NCBI RefSeq assembly: GCF_964194025.1
Contig: NC_134478.1
Location: 20,956,001 to 21,020,000, forward strand
Length of the DNA stretch: 64,000 nt
DNA from: Convolutriloba macropyga
Taxonomy: Eukaryota
Direction of reading: 5' to 3'
Position numbers and translations under genes: made by a program. The notes beneath the pieces were generated by a model. The model was not told the DNA's origin, searched no databases, and saw nothing but the letters and a program-made list of their open reading frames with translations. Below are positions 1-11,639 of the stretch, piece by piece; position 1 is the first letter of the stretch; every line of letters begins with the position of its first letter.

Positions 1-2630
1 AAATGAATCTGAAATCCCGATATCTGAGTCGCGAAATACCAACCAAGCGTCTCTCCCTTGTCAAAATCCATAACATTTTAATGAATTAAGACAATCTAAT
101 CTGTCAATCAAGGCTAAGTCACACATTCCTTTCCCAATTAACACTATTTTTTTTAAATATTTCACGTGCTCAAAAAACAATTAATCAACAGTTGCTTTCT
201 GCCCATTCTCAATCTACAAATCATTCGGTCACTTATTCTATAAACTCAATTTCAACTTCATCCAAGATGAGCCAAATCTAAGCAATGAAAGGGAAGTCCG
301 CCCCTAAAACGTTATCCAGAACTTCACCCCGCGTATCTTTTACAACGGTAACAATGATAAACACGCCTCAATAATAACCTTCTAATTCAAACATCAGTGC
401 TCCTCTGACAGACAGCCCTCAAGTTCTGTCATTTGATAATGCGGCCGGCAAGGTCTTCAACGAGAACATCGCAGCTTCCCTGACGAGCAAAGATGCAGTA
501 CTTAAAGAGGTACGAGACTGCATCATCAGGTTCGATGAAGAACAACTGAAGCGACTCACCCAGAGCGGCACAGTTACCGGCGTGATCTTCACGTTACAAG
601 CAGCTGTGTATGTTTGGATGAGAAGGTGCTCATCTCGAACACTTTAAAAGAAGCAGCAATCGAAATCCTCCATGCCATTCACCCAGGGCAGCTGGGAAAA
701 GGTTTGTATGGCACAACACTGTTGGTGGCCATACATGAACCGCAATCAACTTGTGCACTCCATGCATGGAGTGCGAACATTGCGCTGCAATCGGTAAAAA
801 CCTAAAAACGATTATTACCGCTAAGCAATATTAACCTCATAAAACATGCATAGTCTGTAATCAAGAATATCAAATAGATTTCGCAGGGCCCATTAATAAT
901 GAAAAAGAACATGAAATTTTTGTTTTAACATGTATTGGCAGATTATCTAAGTATCCATCCGCAGAAATTTTTGAAAATGCAAACGCCTTAAATGTAATAA
1001 AAATTTGAGATAATTATATACAACTTCAAGGAGTTCCAGGTTCTTTAAGAATTGAACAAGCTCGTTGTCTCATAGATAATCAAGTAAAAAATTTTTGAAT
1101 CAAAAATGACAAACTTAATTACAGCCCCAGCAAAAGACCACCGGGCAATCGGCTTAGTAGAAAGACTTATTAGTAATATAAAACAACGCCTTGCATGTAC
1201 AAAAGAAGCACATAAGAATTAAATAAATTCGTACACCATTAAAGCAGCACTTAAGACAATACTGTATCAGCTTTGCATATGCAAACATTAAATTACTGGG
1301 ATTTCGCCTTTCAAATCTCATTTTGGTCGTAGTGCTAACACTCCGCTTAGCATTATTAGTAAAATACCTAAGTATTCCAATTTAAGATATGATAAAATCC
1401 TAAATCACTATTTGGACGAAGAAGTAGTAACCCCCAATGAAAGTCCCCCTGAAAAACACTGGGGAACATATCGCAGTGAAGAGGAGATGGAACGTAAAAT
1501 GTGCAAGGCGACGCAAGAGGCACAAACAAGATAACGAAAAGCCAATGATAACGAGCCTCGCTTCCTCCGACGCCACCCCAACAAACGGTCGGAAAAAATT
1601 TAGATGGCCCGAACGAAGTGTTGGCCCCTAGATCTTTTGTCCAAAAAACATATCAATGCACTTCCGTAATCCGCGATCCCTAAAAGTTAAGTATGACAGT
1701 ACGCATTAGCGAAATCGCGAAATTCGGTACCAGGAATGAACGCAAGACAAAACTGCTTCAGTACAGAAACAGACGAGGACCCTGCATACTCAAAAATTCA
1801 ACTGAGGCCCAAATTGTGAGCCACACGAAAGAAATTACAAGAATACCAAAGGGAAATCGTAAAAAGAAAAACCGGAAACGGGATAATGCAAGCGTAGTTT
1901 CATCAAACCGATCCAACATTGTTCGCTCAATGCGATTGCGAATGACGAGAATTCCGGCAAACCTTGCTCCATCAGAATCAAGTACAGAAAATACTGCCGA
2001 TCTCGCGCCGCAAACTACAACTTCCCACGCCTGGACAAATCTCGTCACGCAAGAGTCAGTCGACCAACCAGTGATCGCAACGCCACCTACCAGCACAGCT
2101 CAAGAATTGCAATTACCGTCAACTTCAGTCCCTATAGAGGCCCTTCAGCAATTTTTACCACACATCAAAACGAGCAAGAGCCCAAAATATTTGCGATTTG
2201 ACAACGATGATTCGTCTGGCGAATCGACGAATTCCTGTTCCCTAAACTAGATGCATTCTAGAAAAAAGAGAAGAGTGGGTGACATTGAGTCGTTACACCC
2301 TTCTGTTGCACAATCAATTGCGGACACTGCAGCTCAGGTTGAACCAATTTTCGTTACATACACATCGCCAGTCATTGGAGAAGTATCACCAACAGATCCT
2401 CGCATCCGACCAGCAGATTACAGCCTCAATGAAAATTTATTTATTGATGAGGAGGTTTCACAAAAAAACTCGAAACTTTAAATTTGTTAATTTAATAATC
2501 ACTAGCTATCATAACCAGTAAATATATTGTTGATAATTAAGTAACCGGTGAACAAAAATTAATATGTTATCAATATTGTCACTAAAAAATTCAATAGTGC
2601 AACTTTTAATTGTTCAAAAATGGGGAGAAG
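1..2630 (+). mobile_element. Degenerate Ty3/gypsy LTR retrotransposon, 3' part of pol (integrase) and downstream region
   Basis: Frameshifted integrase: ILHAIHPGQLG...WWPYMNR zinc-binding region, QIDFAGP, SKYPSAE, GVP..LRIEQA. Many stops; begins before the window. Confidence 0.85.
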
Positions 2631-3054
2631 TAATAGTATATTCAGATTATTTTAGTGCAGTAAAAATCCTATACGATGTACTTATTTTATTGTTCTACCT
2701 AATCTTGGAAGACAATTATAAGGAGTCATGTTATGTTCACTTAGTACCCTCAGTTATTCAAGTGTCAATCTGTTCCCGCGTCGGGAAAAATATTGTTTAT
2801 GTGTTGTGACTTTTACTGATCTATATTTATCTAGTTTTCATTCTCTTCATTCATTTTGCATCTTGCGATCAGTTGCCCAATTTACTTTATTTACTTACAA
2901 CTGTATTTATATACTTATCAAGCAAAGTAGATACGCAAAAGATAGGAAATTCGCTGAGCGAATTCTATTTTGAAATTGTGTTGTGCACTCGCCGTGCAAG
3001 ACAACACAACAGATATACTGATAGTGATTTGGACCGCAAATTGAGTACACAACA
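2631..3054 (+). mobile_element. Probable 3' LTR of the gypsy element
   Basis: Follows purine tract AAAAATGGGGAGAAG (~2616-2630) and ends in ...ACAACA. Partner LTR is not in the window, so boundaries are approximate. Confidence 0.45.
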
Positions 3055-3887
3055 TTGATTGTGTACGACAGACGAACAACACAGTACTGCTTATTCCTGA
3101 ACAATTTATGAGACTGATGTTTCCCAAAACATTCAAACGTTGGGGCTGGTTTTCATAACCAAGGAAGGATTAACAAATTATTATTTACTGCTTAGTGAAG
3201 CTACCCTTCTGAGAACTGAGTTGAAGAGACAGGAATTATTTTTAACTTTATTTCTAATCCTGCAACACTTTTGCTGCTTCAGATTTGTTAGAAACTCTAC
3301 TTAGAGTAGCATCATCAAAACTAGACAATGTTTTGTTCTTCCCTTACTGCAAGACTGATCTCCGGCAGATAAAATAAAACCTTTAGATCATTTGAGCGAC
3401 GTTTGCAAATAGAAGTTTAATTGTTGCCTAACAATGAGGCCGACAAAAAGTATCTCCTACTCCAAATTGAAGTCAGCCAACATATGCGGAATGGCTATAA
3501 AATTTTTCCGATTCTGCATCGAACACTTTCATAACCGCGTTACGCAAAATGATGAGTTGCAGTGAAGAACCGGCAGCTACGTAGATGGAAGCTCGAGTAC
3601 CTTGCTTTGATTAGGTCTTTTCAACAAAAATACCCAAAAAGGCAACGCTATTCTATCACAAGTTCTTTAGTGGCCGACAGTTGTATCGCTTCCGCGATGG
3701 GAGGCAACTTAGTCTAGCATTTCCAAATTAAAAATGCCTTCCTCAAATGATCAGCCAAACTATCTATCCTGTTCATAGCCCCGATTCGATAAGAATTTTC
3801 TTTTTCATAGCCCGGAATTGATAAGAAATGCTTAGCAGCCCAAATGAAGGCACGAGTGGAGTGGCTCACATTACCATCAATCTGAGT

Positions 3888-5793
3888 AAAACATAGCCGG
3901 CAGATTGCCGGAAAATAGCCGCGATAGACGCTTGTGGCGTTACATGAATTGAAGGGCTTTTCAAAATAAGGATCTTTTCCGTTTGTGCCCCCTCAGCTTA
4001 GTGGGCGCATATTATTTGCACCCCCCAGATGCACGTGCAATATTTGGGGGGGGGCACAAACGGAAAAGATCCCAAAATTGATATTCGAAATCAAAAACTC
4101 AAGACTCTAATATTCAAGAATTAGGGCATATGTTTGGCACTACTTAGATGCACACTATTGACCTTTAATAAGTAAATGTTCATAAAATTGAAAGTTTCAT
4201 AAGTGAGCTTAGAAGTCATTTTTTTGAGTGAGGTAAGTCATTGAAAAAGTCAATTCAAAGAAGTCACGGTAAGACGAAATGAAAATCTGTTAGACAAAGT
4301 AAAAAACATAGCAGGACAAGTCCTGACGTACAATTCAAAGAATTTTCATTGATTGAACAGGACTATGAATGGATTGGGAAAACCATTTAGAAAAAAATCC
4401 AATCCAAAAAATCGAAAAAACGGAAAAATCAAAGCGCAATTGCCGCATGTGAACAAAAAACCACTAGCGAGAAACCGAATTTTTGTTCGAACACCGTTTT
4501 CTAACTCTACTTCAAATTTAGAGCGAAAAAAATTCACGCCGCAAAACCACTCGCTTTTCCGCTCCACTTCCTGTTTCGGCGTGACCAAAATCACTACTCC
4601 AATTTGACTTCAAAAATCATGAAAATGTGTGAACAGATCTTAAAAAAAATTGCCGGAAGAATTCCGAAAACGACTCGAAGTGAAAATCCATTTAAACGCC
4701 ATCCAACTACTCATCAAACAAAACGTGCCTTCACTAATTTATGATTATCTTGAAACAGAGTCATCAAACAAAAAAGTAAAAACAATAAAATCAAATCTGT
4801 TAAAATATGATAAAAAATCTGATCAAATTTTGTTATAAATTGAGATCCTGAAAAAACTATCTCTGCCAAAATAACTTCATCAAAACAACTAATAATTACA
4901 AAAACCACTTATGTCAATTTTGAAAAAATACTTTAGGCTAAAATTATGAAAATAGCTCTAAAAACAACTTTCACTGAAAAACTGGAAAAAGTTACTAAAT
5001 TTTTTAATATTTCAAAAACAAATAAATCTAACACAAAATTCCCTTCAGCCAATAGGGTATCCAGATGCTCGCAAAACAATAGACAAGTCATAATAGGCAA
5101 AGAAACAAAAAAACGAAAAGCTGCAAATAATTAAGAAAAATAGTTCCAATTTTTGCCATTTTTTCATATTTCTCAACAAAAAAATGATTCTTACCCACAA
5201 AACTGTTACCAATTGTTATCATAAAATTGCTCAAGTATAAGGGGTTTCTTCAATACCCATTTGAGCCAGTAAAACAAAATAATCGTCAAAAAAACGCAAA
5301 AATTAGCCCGAAAATCAGCAAAATACATTAAAAATCTCCGAAATATCATAAAATTCATATGAATTTCCAGAAACCTTCAATTCACTCCCGAAACCAGCCT
5401 AAAATTAAAACAAAATCATAATCGAACCTCTTAACCAAAATAAATAAAAAATGCTTTAAAATGCCGCACGTGAACAAAAAAATTTCGCTCGCTTAGAGAA
5501 AATTTCTTCACACATCAATTTCTCGTTCTTTCAAAAACAGCGGTATGAACAAAAACCACTCTTTTCGCTCCGCTCTTCACTTTTGTTCAGCGCCAAAATC
5601 ACTCCAAATTTTTTCACGCGTTTCATTTTCGGCTTAAAAAATCACTCCAATAAAATTGACTAGAAAAGGGCTTCTCCAATACTCCTCTTCGAGTCGTAAA
5701 AAGACAGCGCACCAAAACAGTTGAAATTCTTTTAATTTTACAAAATTTAGGAGCGCTATAATAGCCGCCTAGAATTGAGGACGCGGCTATTAA
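3888..5793 (-). mobile_element. Helentron-like non-autonomous element (HINE-type), copy A, with nested insert
   Basis: Terminal AAAACATAG + hairpin CCGGCA-gat-TGCCGG. Subterminal inverted repeats ATAGCCGCG (3915-3923) / CGCGGCTAT (5782-5790); extra inverted copy ATAGCCGC at 5761. Confidence 0.6.
3970..4072. mobile_element. 103-bp mini inverted-repeat element
   Basis: Perfect 23-bp inverted repeat GGATCTTTTCCGTTTGTGCCCCC (3970-3992 / 4050-4072); flanks CAAAATAA / CAAAATTG. Confidence 0.6.
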
Positions 5794-6009
5794 TCAACGG
5801 AAGTCCTATGTCTCGGACACTTGCCCACGGAATGTGACGACTGGAAATAGGACCACGGAGATGATATTTTTATGTTCTATAGGTTTTTGGAAACATAAAG
5901 AATGCGTTTGACACGATAGCTCAGGAATACAGTAACAATTTGAAAAGTATACTCTCAGATCATGGAGATAGAGATCCACGTAAATTGATTTTTCAACGGA
6001 ATAACGATT

Positions 6010-7487
6010 AAAACATAGCCGGCAGATTGCCGGAATAGCTGCGAAAGAATAGACCAGCGTGCAATATAATAGAGATAAACAGATACAGATCTAAATTGAA
6101 AAAAAATCGACGCCGCTCAAAAAAACTAGGTAAAAAGCATTATGCGATAAATTAATAAAGCTTGTTGAAATGCATTCCTCAGAATGCCTTTTATTAGGGA
6201 CATTTACTGCACATATGAGTTCCTCTGACCTTAAACAAATTCGAATTAAACTTAAATTTTAAAGTGCAGAAGTCATTTTATTGAGTGAGGTAAGTCACGT
6301 ATGACAAGAATCTAATCACGCAAATAGCCTAAAAACTTTTGCTAAAGAGAGTGAGAAATGACGTCACCCGCCCAAATGCCGTTAGTGAGAGGACGAAGTC
6401 ATTCAGAAAATTTGACTTCTTCAGCTTTGCTGTGTGAACAAATGTAAAACGAAAAAAGAGTGTCAGACGACGAAACAAAAAACATAGCAGGACAAGTCCT
6501 GACGTACAATTCAAAGAATTTTCATTGACTAAACAGAAAAGCTAGACCAAGAATGGACTATGAGTGAATTGAGACAACCATTTTTAAAAAAAATCAGATC
6601 AAAAAATAAGAAAAAAACTGAAAATCAATGTCAAAATGCCGCATGTGATAAAAAAACCACTAGCGAGAAATGAAAATTCAATTCAAACAAAAAACTAGGC
6701 CTAGAATGAGCTGTGAATGGATTGGGAAAACTATTTAGAAAAAAATCCGATCCAAAAAATCAAAAAAACAGTAAAAATCAGAGTGAAATTGCCGCATGTG
6801 AACAAAAAACCACTACCGATAAACCGAACTTTTGCTCAAACACCATTTTCTCACTCTACTTTAAAATTAGAGCGAAAATTCACGCCGCAAAACCACTCGC
6901 TTTTTCGCTCCATTTCCTTTTTCGGCGTGACCAAAATCACTACTCCAATTTGACTTCAAAAATCATGAAAATGTGTGAACAGATCTTAAAAAAAAAGACA
7001 GCGCCCCAATACAATTCAAATTCTTTGAATTGTAAAAAACATAGCAGGACAAGTCCTGACGTACAATTCAAAGAATTTTCAGTGACTAAACAAAAAACTA
7101 GACCTGAAATGAACTATGGATGGATTCGGAAAACCATTTAGAAAAAATCCGATCGAAAAAATAGTAAAAACCAAAAAAATTGACGCATGTGAACAAAAAA
7201 ACACTAGCGAGAAACCGAATTTTTGTTCAAACACCGTTTTCTAACTCTATTTCAAATTTAGAGCGAAAAAAATTCACGCCGCAAAACCACTCGCTTTTCC
7301 GCTCCACTTGCTGTTTCGGCGTGACCAAAATCACTACTCCAATTTGACTTCAAAAATCATGAAAATGTGTGAACAGATCTTTAAAAAAAGACAGCGCCCC
7401 AATACAATTCAAATTCTTTGAATTGTAAAAAACCAAGAGCACCGCAATATAGCTTCGCTCAGCTTACAGCTTCGCAGCTATAAAAAA
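6010..7487 (-). mobile_element. Helentron-like non-autonomous element, copy B
   Basis: Same terminus and hairpin as copy A. SubTIR ATAGCTGCGAA (6035-6045) / TTCGCAGCTAT (7471-7481); partial inverted copy at ~7449. Confidence 0.62.
6477..7432 (-). mobile_element. Two tandem copies of a second HINE-type element nested in copy B
   Basis: Each starts AAAACATAG + CAGGAC-aa-GTCCTG hairpin + TACAATTCAAAGAA and ends TACAATTCAAA-TTCTTTGAATTGTA (7010-7034, 7403-7427). Third copy starts at ~4303; decayed internal copy at ~10310-10590. Confidence 0.7.
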
Positions 7488-9193
7488 GATGTCCCTTGGG
7501 AAATGACAAGCCTCAAGCTGCCCATGCTCAGAAATTCTCAAATAACACCAGCTTTCAAGTCGAGCCTTTTGAACATTGCCGCACTGCGCCCACAAACGTT
7601 TGACATGGGCACATATTGGGGCTAAAGCTGTCTTTAAAAGAAACGCACCAGATTCGTCGTAGAAAAAGCGAAATACATTATTGCAGCCTGAGATTATTTT
7701 GCTCCCTTTTGTACAGCATTGATGACTTCCAAGGAAAATTTCACAAGATTAGTTAAAGATTGTAGGGGAAAATTAGATATTGTTGCACTAAAACCAGCAT
7801 CCAAAATTGCTGTTCACTTTCATTAATTGCTTCGTGCTAAAATTTCGCTGCAGGAATAAAGAACCATAATTTTAAGGTTTCAAAGATCCAAAATGCCAAT
7901 ACAAATTTACTTGCTTTCTTTTGAGAGAAATCAAAAACAATAGAAGTTCAATTGTTTCAATGCAAATGGCTCGAAATTTGTTGACTCTGTTACGCCACAG
8001 GGGAGCTTTTTCTTTTTTATTACATTTAGCCTTTTAATCTACGCCACTGGGCTCCACTTTTTCTCCAGAAAAATTTCCCTGGATATGACAATCTCGGATG
8101 TTAAACTTATGACGCGGTTCAGAATCTCTGGTTTACCAGACACTTTGTATCAACAGTTTGTCGTTATGCTTACATACTCATTCCTCATGTTAATAAAACC
8201 CAAAATACACCACACCTGTTTCTCATGAATACATTTGTAAAAAGTACAATATCAAGTCATTTATACACAGATGCATTTAACGATCAATAACCTCAAACAA
8301 CATTTATGATCACTGACATCAACTTAAAATGCGTTTGAAAGCTTCACTGACTTCAATGAGTCACAAAATGTCAATAATTCACTCGAACAACTAACTCTTT
8401 CACGTAATCTTTAGATAAATGAATGACATTAAGATATATATTTAATTTATTATCATATCACAAGTAACAACATCCAAACCCCACAATGGCAGATAAAGCA
8501 AATAAGATCGTAAATTAATTTAGTTCAAAATAAAATACCACTTTTCAGTTGCAATGCAGATAATACAATGACAATTAAGCAGGAATAATTGGAGACTATA
8601 CATCAGAATCAGATGAATGAAGAATTAATTCAATTTCGCATGATTGAAATGTGATGTTTTGGCAAAACGGAGCAAAGATTACAACTGAACATTTTTCTTT
8701 CGATCGATTTCTCCAATAGCAGATAATATTTTCGATACCGTAAAAATGGCACAAACAAAACATCAATATATTCAACCTTGAAACGCAAGAGCATCGGAAA
8801 CCATATTTCCAAACAAAACTTTCAGCACAATCGGCTTTGCGATTAGCAAAATAGCAACTAATATATATACTAATTCAAGCTATATTTCGTCGGTATTGCT
8901 GCCCCGAAAGTATCAAAAAGAGAACAGAATTATACTTCTTCCAAAAGAAATTAAAGTAAAACGACACCTGTAACAGCTTACAAGACTTCAAGTTAGTTAG
9001 CATCAAACAATAGTAACCTAAAACCGTCAGCAATGCTAAAAAAACACAATCTTGACATGAGATAGCTATACACATACTTAGGAATACATCATTCAGTTCA
9101 AGTTGCTATTGTTCCTCATAGCACTCATTGTCTCTACATTTTTTGTATATCTCGCATTAGTCGCAGATTCTTGTTTTCACTGTTCCCTGATTT

Positions 9194-9330
9194 TCAGTTC
9201 TCCTTCTTGGACTTCTTCGGTTTGGGGGTATTGTTGACCTTGGGCGACTTTCTCACATGTGCCGGCAGCCATTCGTCCACGACTACTCCATTTTTGTGAG
9301 CGGTGCCCTTCTCAATGTATTTCTTACCAC
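9194..9330 (-). CDS. SSR1: TRAP-alpha, last coding exon (cytosolic tail)
   Basis: TTTAG acceptor; phase 1 completes AGT, then GKKYIEKGT...VDEWLP...SPK basic tail and TGA at 9196-9194. Joined CDS is 861 nt = 286 aa + stop. Confidence 0.92.
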
Positions 9331-10847
9331 CTAAACACCCAAAATATACCGATGACATCAAAGTGACAATTTGCTCACAAACGCCGGATAACGGCGAGGG
9401 GTGGTTATCGTGATTTGTAGGTGCCACTCAAATGATTTTCATAAGGAATGTCGGCACAGATCATTGTTCACTAAATTTGTAGCTGCCTTATCCTTGGATC
9501 TCTTCTTAATCAGGGGATCTGTCATCCAGCACATTTACATATTGTCATCAAGCACATGTACGTTTACTATATACTTTTTCATAATCATTCTCACTCTGTG
9601 ACATATCAATGCCTGTCAAATTCAGATTTTCTGGTACCACACATTCTATATTTCGAAACCATTCCCTCGTAAAAAAATGCGTGCCTGTACTTTTTGGATG
9701 GAAGAGGTAAAGAAATCTAAGATAAACTTAAGCATCCAATAGATTGCCAAAAAATACCGAAATAGATGGACTGGCCGTTATTTATTCATGAAAACTACAA
9801 ATACCTATTTGATGAAATTACACAAAACTATTGTAAAAAACAAACTTAACCAAATAACGTCGGAAAACTTGATCTTGACCGGTTATGACCGCTATTAGGA
9901 TTTACATTGAAAAATGACACCAATTTTGGCGCACATTGAATTTGAATTTTATTACTAAACTTCCGTCACTTGAGTTCTGCTGCTAAAAATTATGAATGAG
10001 ACAAATTTATATACGGTATAAGGAGCCCAGCTTTAGCTTAATTGAAGGTACGTGGGTTGAGCGGGGGGGGGGGGGGGGGGGGGCTCGAGACCGCTGGCTT
10101 ACGGTCAAAAGATGTACAGGGATGGGAAATGGGGGGGGGGGGCAGAGTGGTGGTTCAAACTCTTAGATCCGCCCTTCACAACATGAATAAGTCTTCGAAA
10201 CAGTTTCCGCGAATCGCATACTTAGAGTCCAAAAAGCCAAAAAGGTCTGACAAACTTACTGCACTCCGGGCGTTACCTGTTTATCTAGTTTTTGAGGACG
10301 AATAGTCAAAGGGTAAAACAAAAAATGGGTGAAGCAAAAAATCGCATTAAAAACACCACTGGATTATTATAATTGTTACAAACTTCGTTTAAAAGCAATT
10401 ATTCAAATTATAAGTGAACAAAAAACGGTATCGAGAGAGTTGATTTTCTGTTCAAACACCTTTTTTTAAAAAGTGAACACCTTTCGTATCGCAAAATCAC
10501 TCGCTTTTTTACTTCGTTTCCTGTGTTCGATGTGACTAAAATCACCCATCAAATTTGACTTCAAATGTACCATCAAAATGGGTGAATAGATCTTCAGATC
10601 CTATTGAAATCTATGAGTGAAAAGCAGGTGAGGACAGAAAAGCAGATTGCCCTTCACATCATGATTCTTAGATAACAACTGCACGGCAACTTGAAACCCC
10701 GGGTTTAACAAACTGATCCAATTCTTTCGACACAAAGCCACGTGAAAACAAACCGACTAATGTCGGATGAATTGTTCTCCAATGACAGGCGGGGAGGGGG
10801 GTTTATACTAGGGGTTTAGCTAAGGATTTTTTTGGGTGCAAAATCTC

Positions 10848-10920
10848 GGACATCATAGGTGCTCGAACCCGCTACTTGGAGTTTAACAGTCTAACATCTT
10901 AACCACTAAGCTGCAACCGC
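10848..10920 (-). pseudogene. tRNA-like sequence (probable SINE head or tRNA pseudogene) in SSR1 intron 2
   Basis: Minus strand: A-box-like GCAGCTTAGTGGTTAA, loop CTGTTAA (GTT), B-box GGGTTCGAG. Acceptor and anticodon stems pair poorly. Confidence 0.55.
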
Positions 10921-11200
10921 TCTGCTCCTCAACCGATCACAATCGCTTGCACGACGCACGTTTGCAATAATTGCCTCAAATCGTTGCTCGAGAGCAATTA
11001 AAAGCGAAGCAAACGGAAAAAACATGCGGAAAAAGTCCTGCAAAACAATTTTAAAAAAAGATCATTATATTAAGAACAAAAATTGGAATTTCGAATTCCG
11101 TTAGTTGATAGAATAACGGATATTTTTAAGATAAGAAAGTACGAAATGGGCGCAAAAATTGTCGCATAGGCTGAGAAATAAAGAAATCAAACCAACTTAC

Positions 11201-11639
11201 TAAGTTTGGCCGCCCCTCCAAGAGTATAGTAGTACACAATAACAGCAATGAGCACCATAATGGCACCGAACAGCACGTAGAGCATAATGGCCTCGGCGTC
11301 AAAGGCATCATCAACCTCAATAAAGTTGATAGTCTTGTTCAAAACTGTGTGCATGTACAGGCTCTCAGTCTCGTCATAGTAGTTGGCCTCAATAACAAAG
11401 CCGAAAGGTCGTCCGGCGAACCTCTCCGAGGTCTTGAATACGTAGGAGAAGGTGGCTTCTCGCTCGGAGTCCACAGTTCGATTGAGGAACATGGCTGTGT
11501 AGTTCTGGAGGTAGTAGGAGAAGTCCATGGGGTATCGGAGAGAGGCGTCAATCGTTGCCACTTTGTAACTGTGTTTGTTCTCCCCTGTGTTGCGGAATGA
11601 TATGAGACACGTGATAACTTTACCAGCTGGCAACTCCTC
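11201..11639 (-). CDS. SSR1: TRAP-alpha, coding exon 2 (luminal domain + TM helix)
   Basis: TTTCAG acceptor, then EELPAGKVITCLISFRNTG...ASLRYPMDFSYYLQNYTA...EATFSYVF...FAGRPFG, matching the conserved TRAP-alpha core, then a TM segment. GTAAGT donor at 11200; 439 nt, phase 1. Confidence 0.95.

Noticed and set aside
4346-7141. Repeated Lys/Asn-rich ORFs as a gene family
   Set aside because: They lie inside non-autonomous repeats and their frames differ between copies.
10063-10177. Poly-G tracts as a regulatory G-quadruplex (also 48787-48805)
   Set aside because: Homopolymers next to MITE-like ends; no evidence of function and lengths are error-prone.
10848-10920. Functional tRNA-Asn gene
   Set aside because: Acceptor and anticodon stems do not pair.
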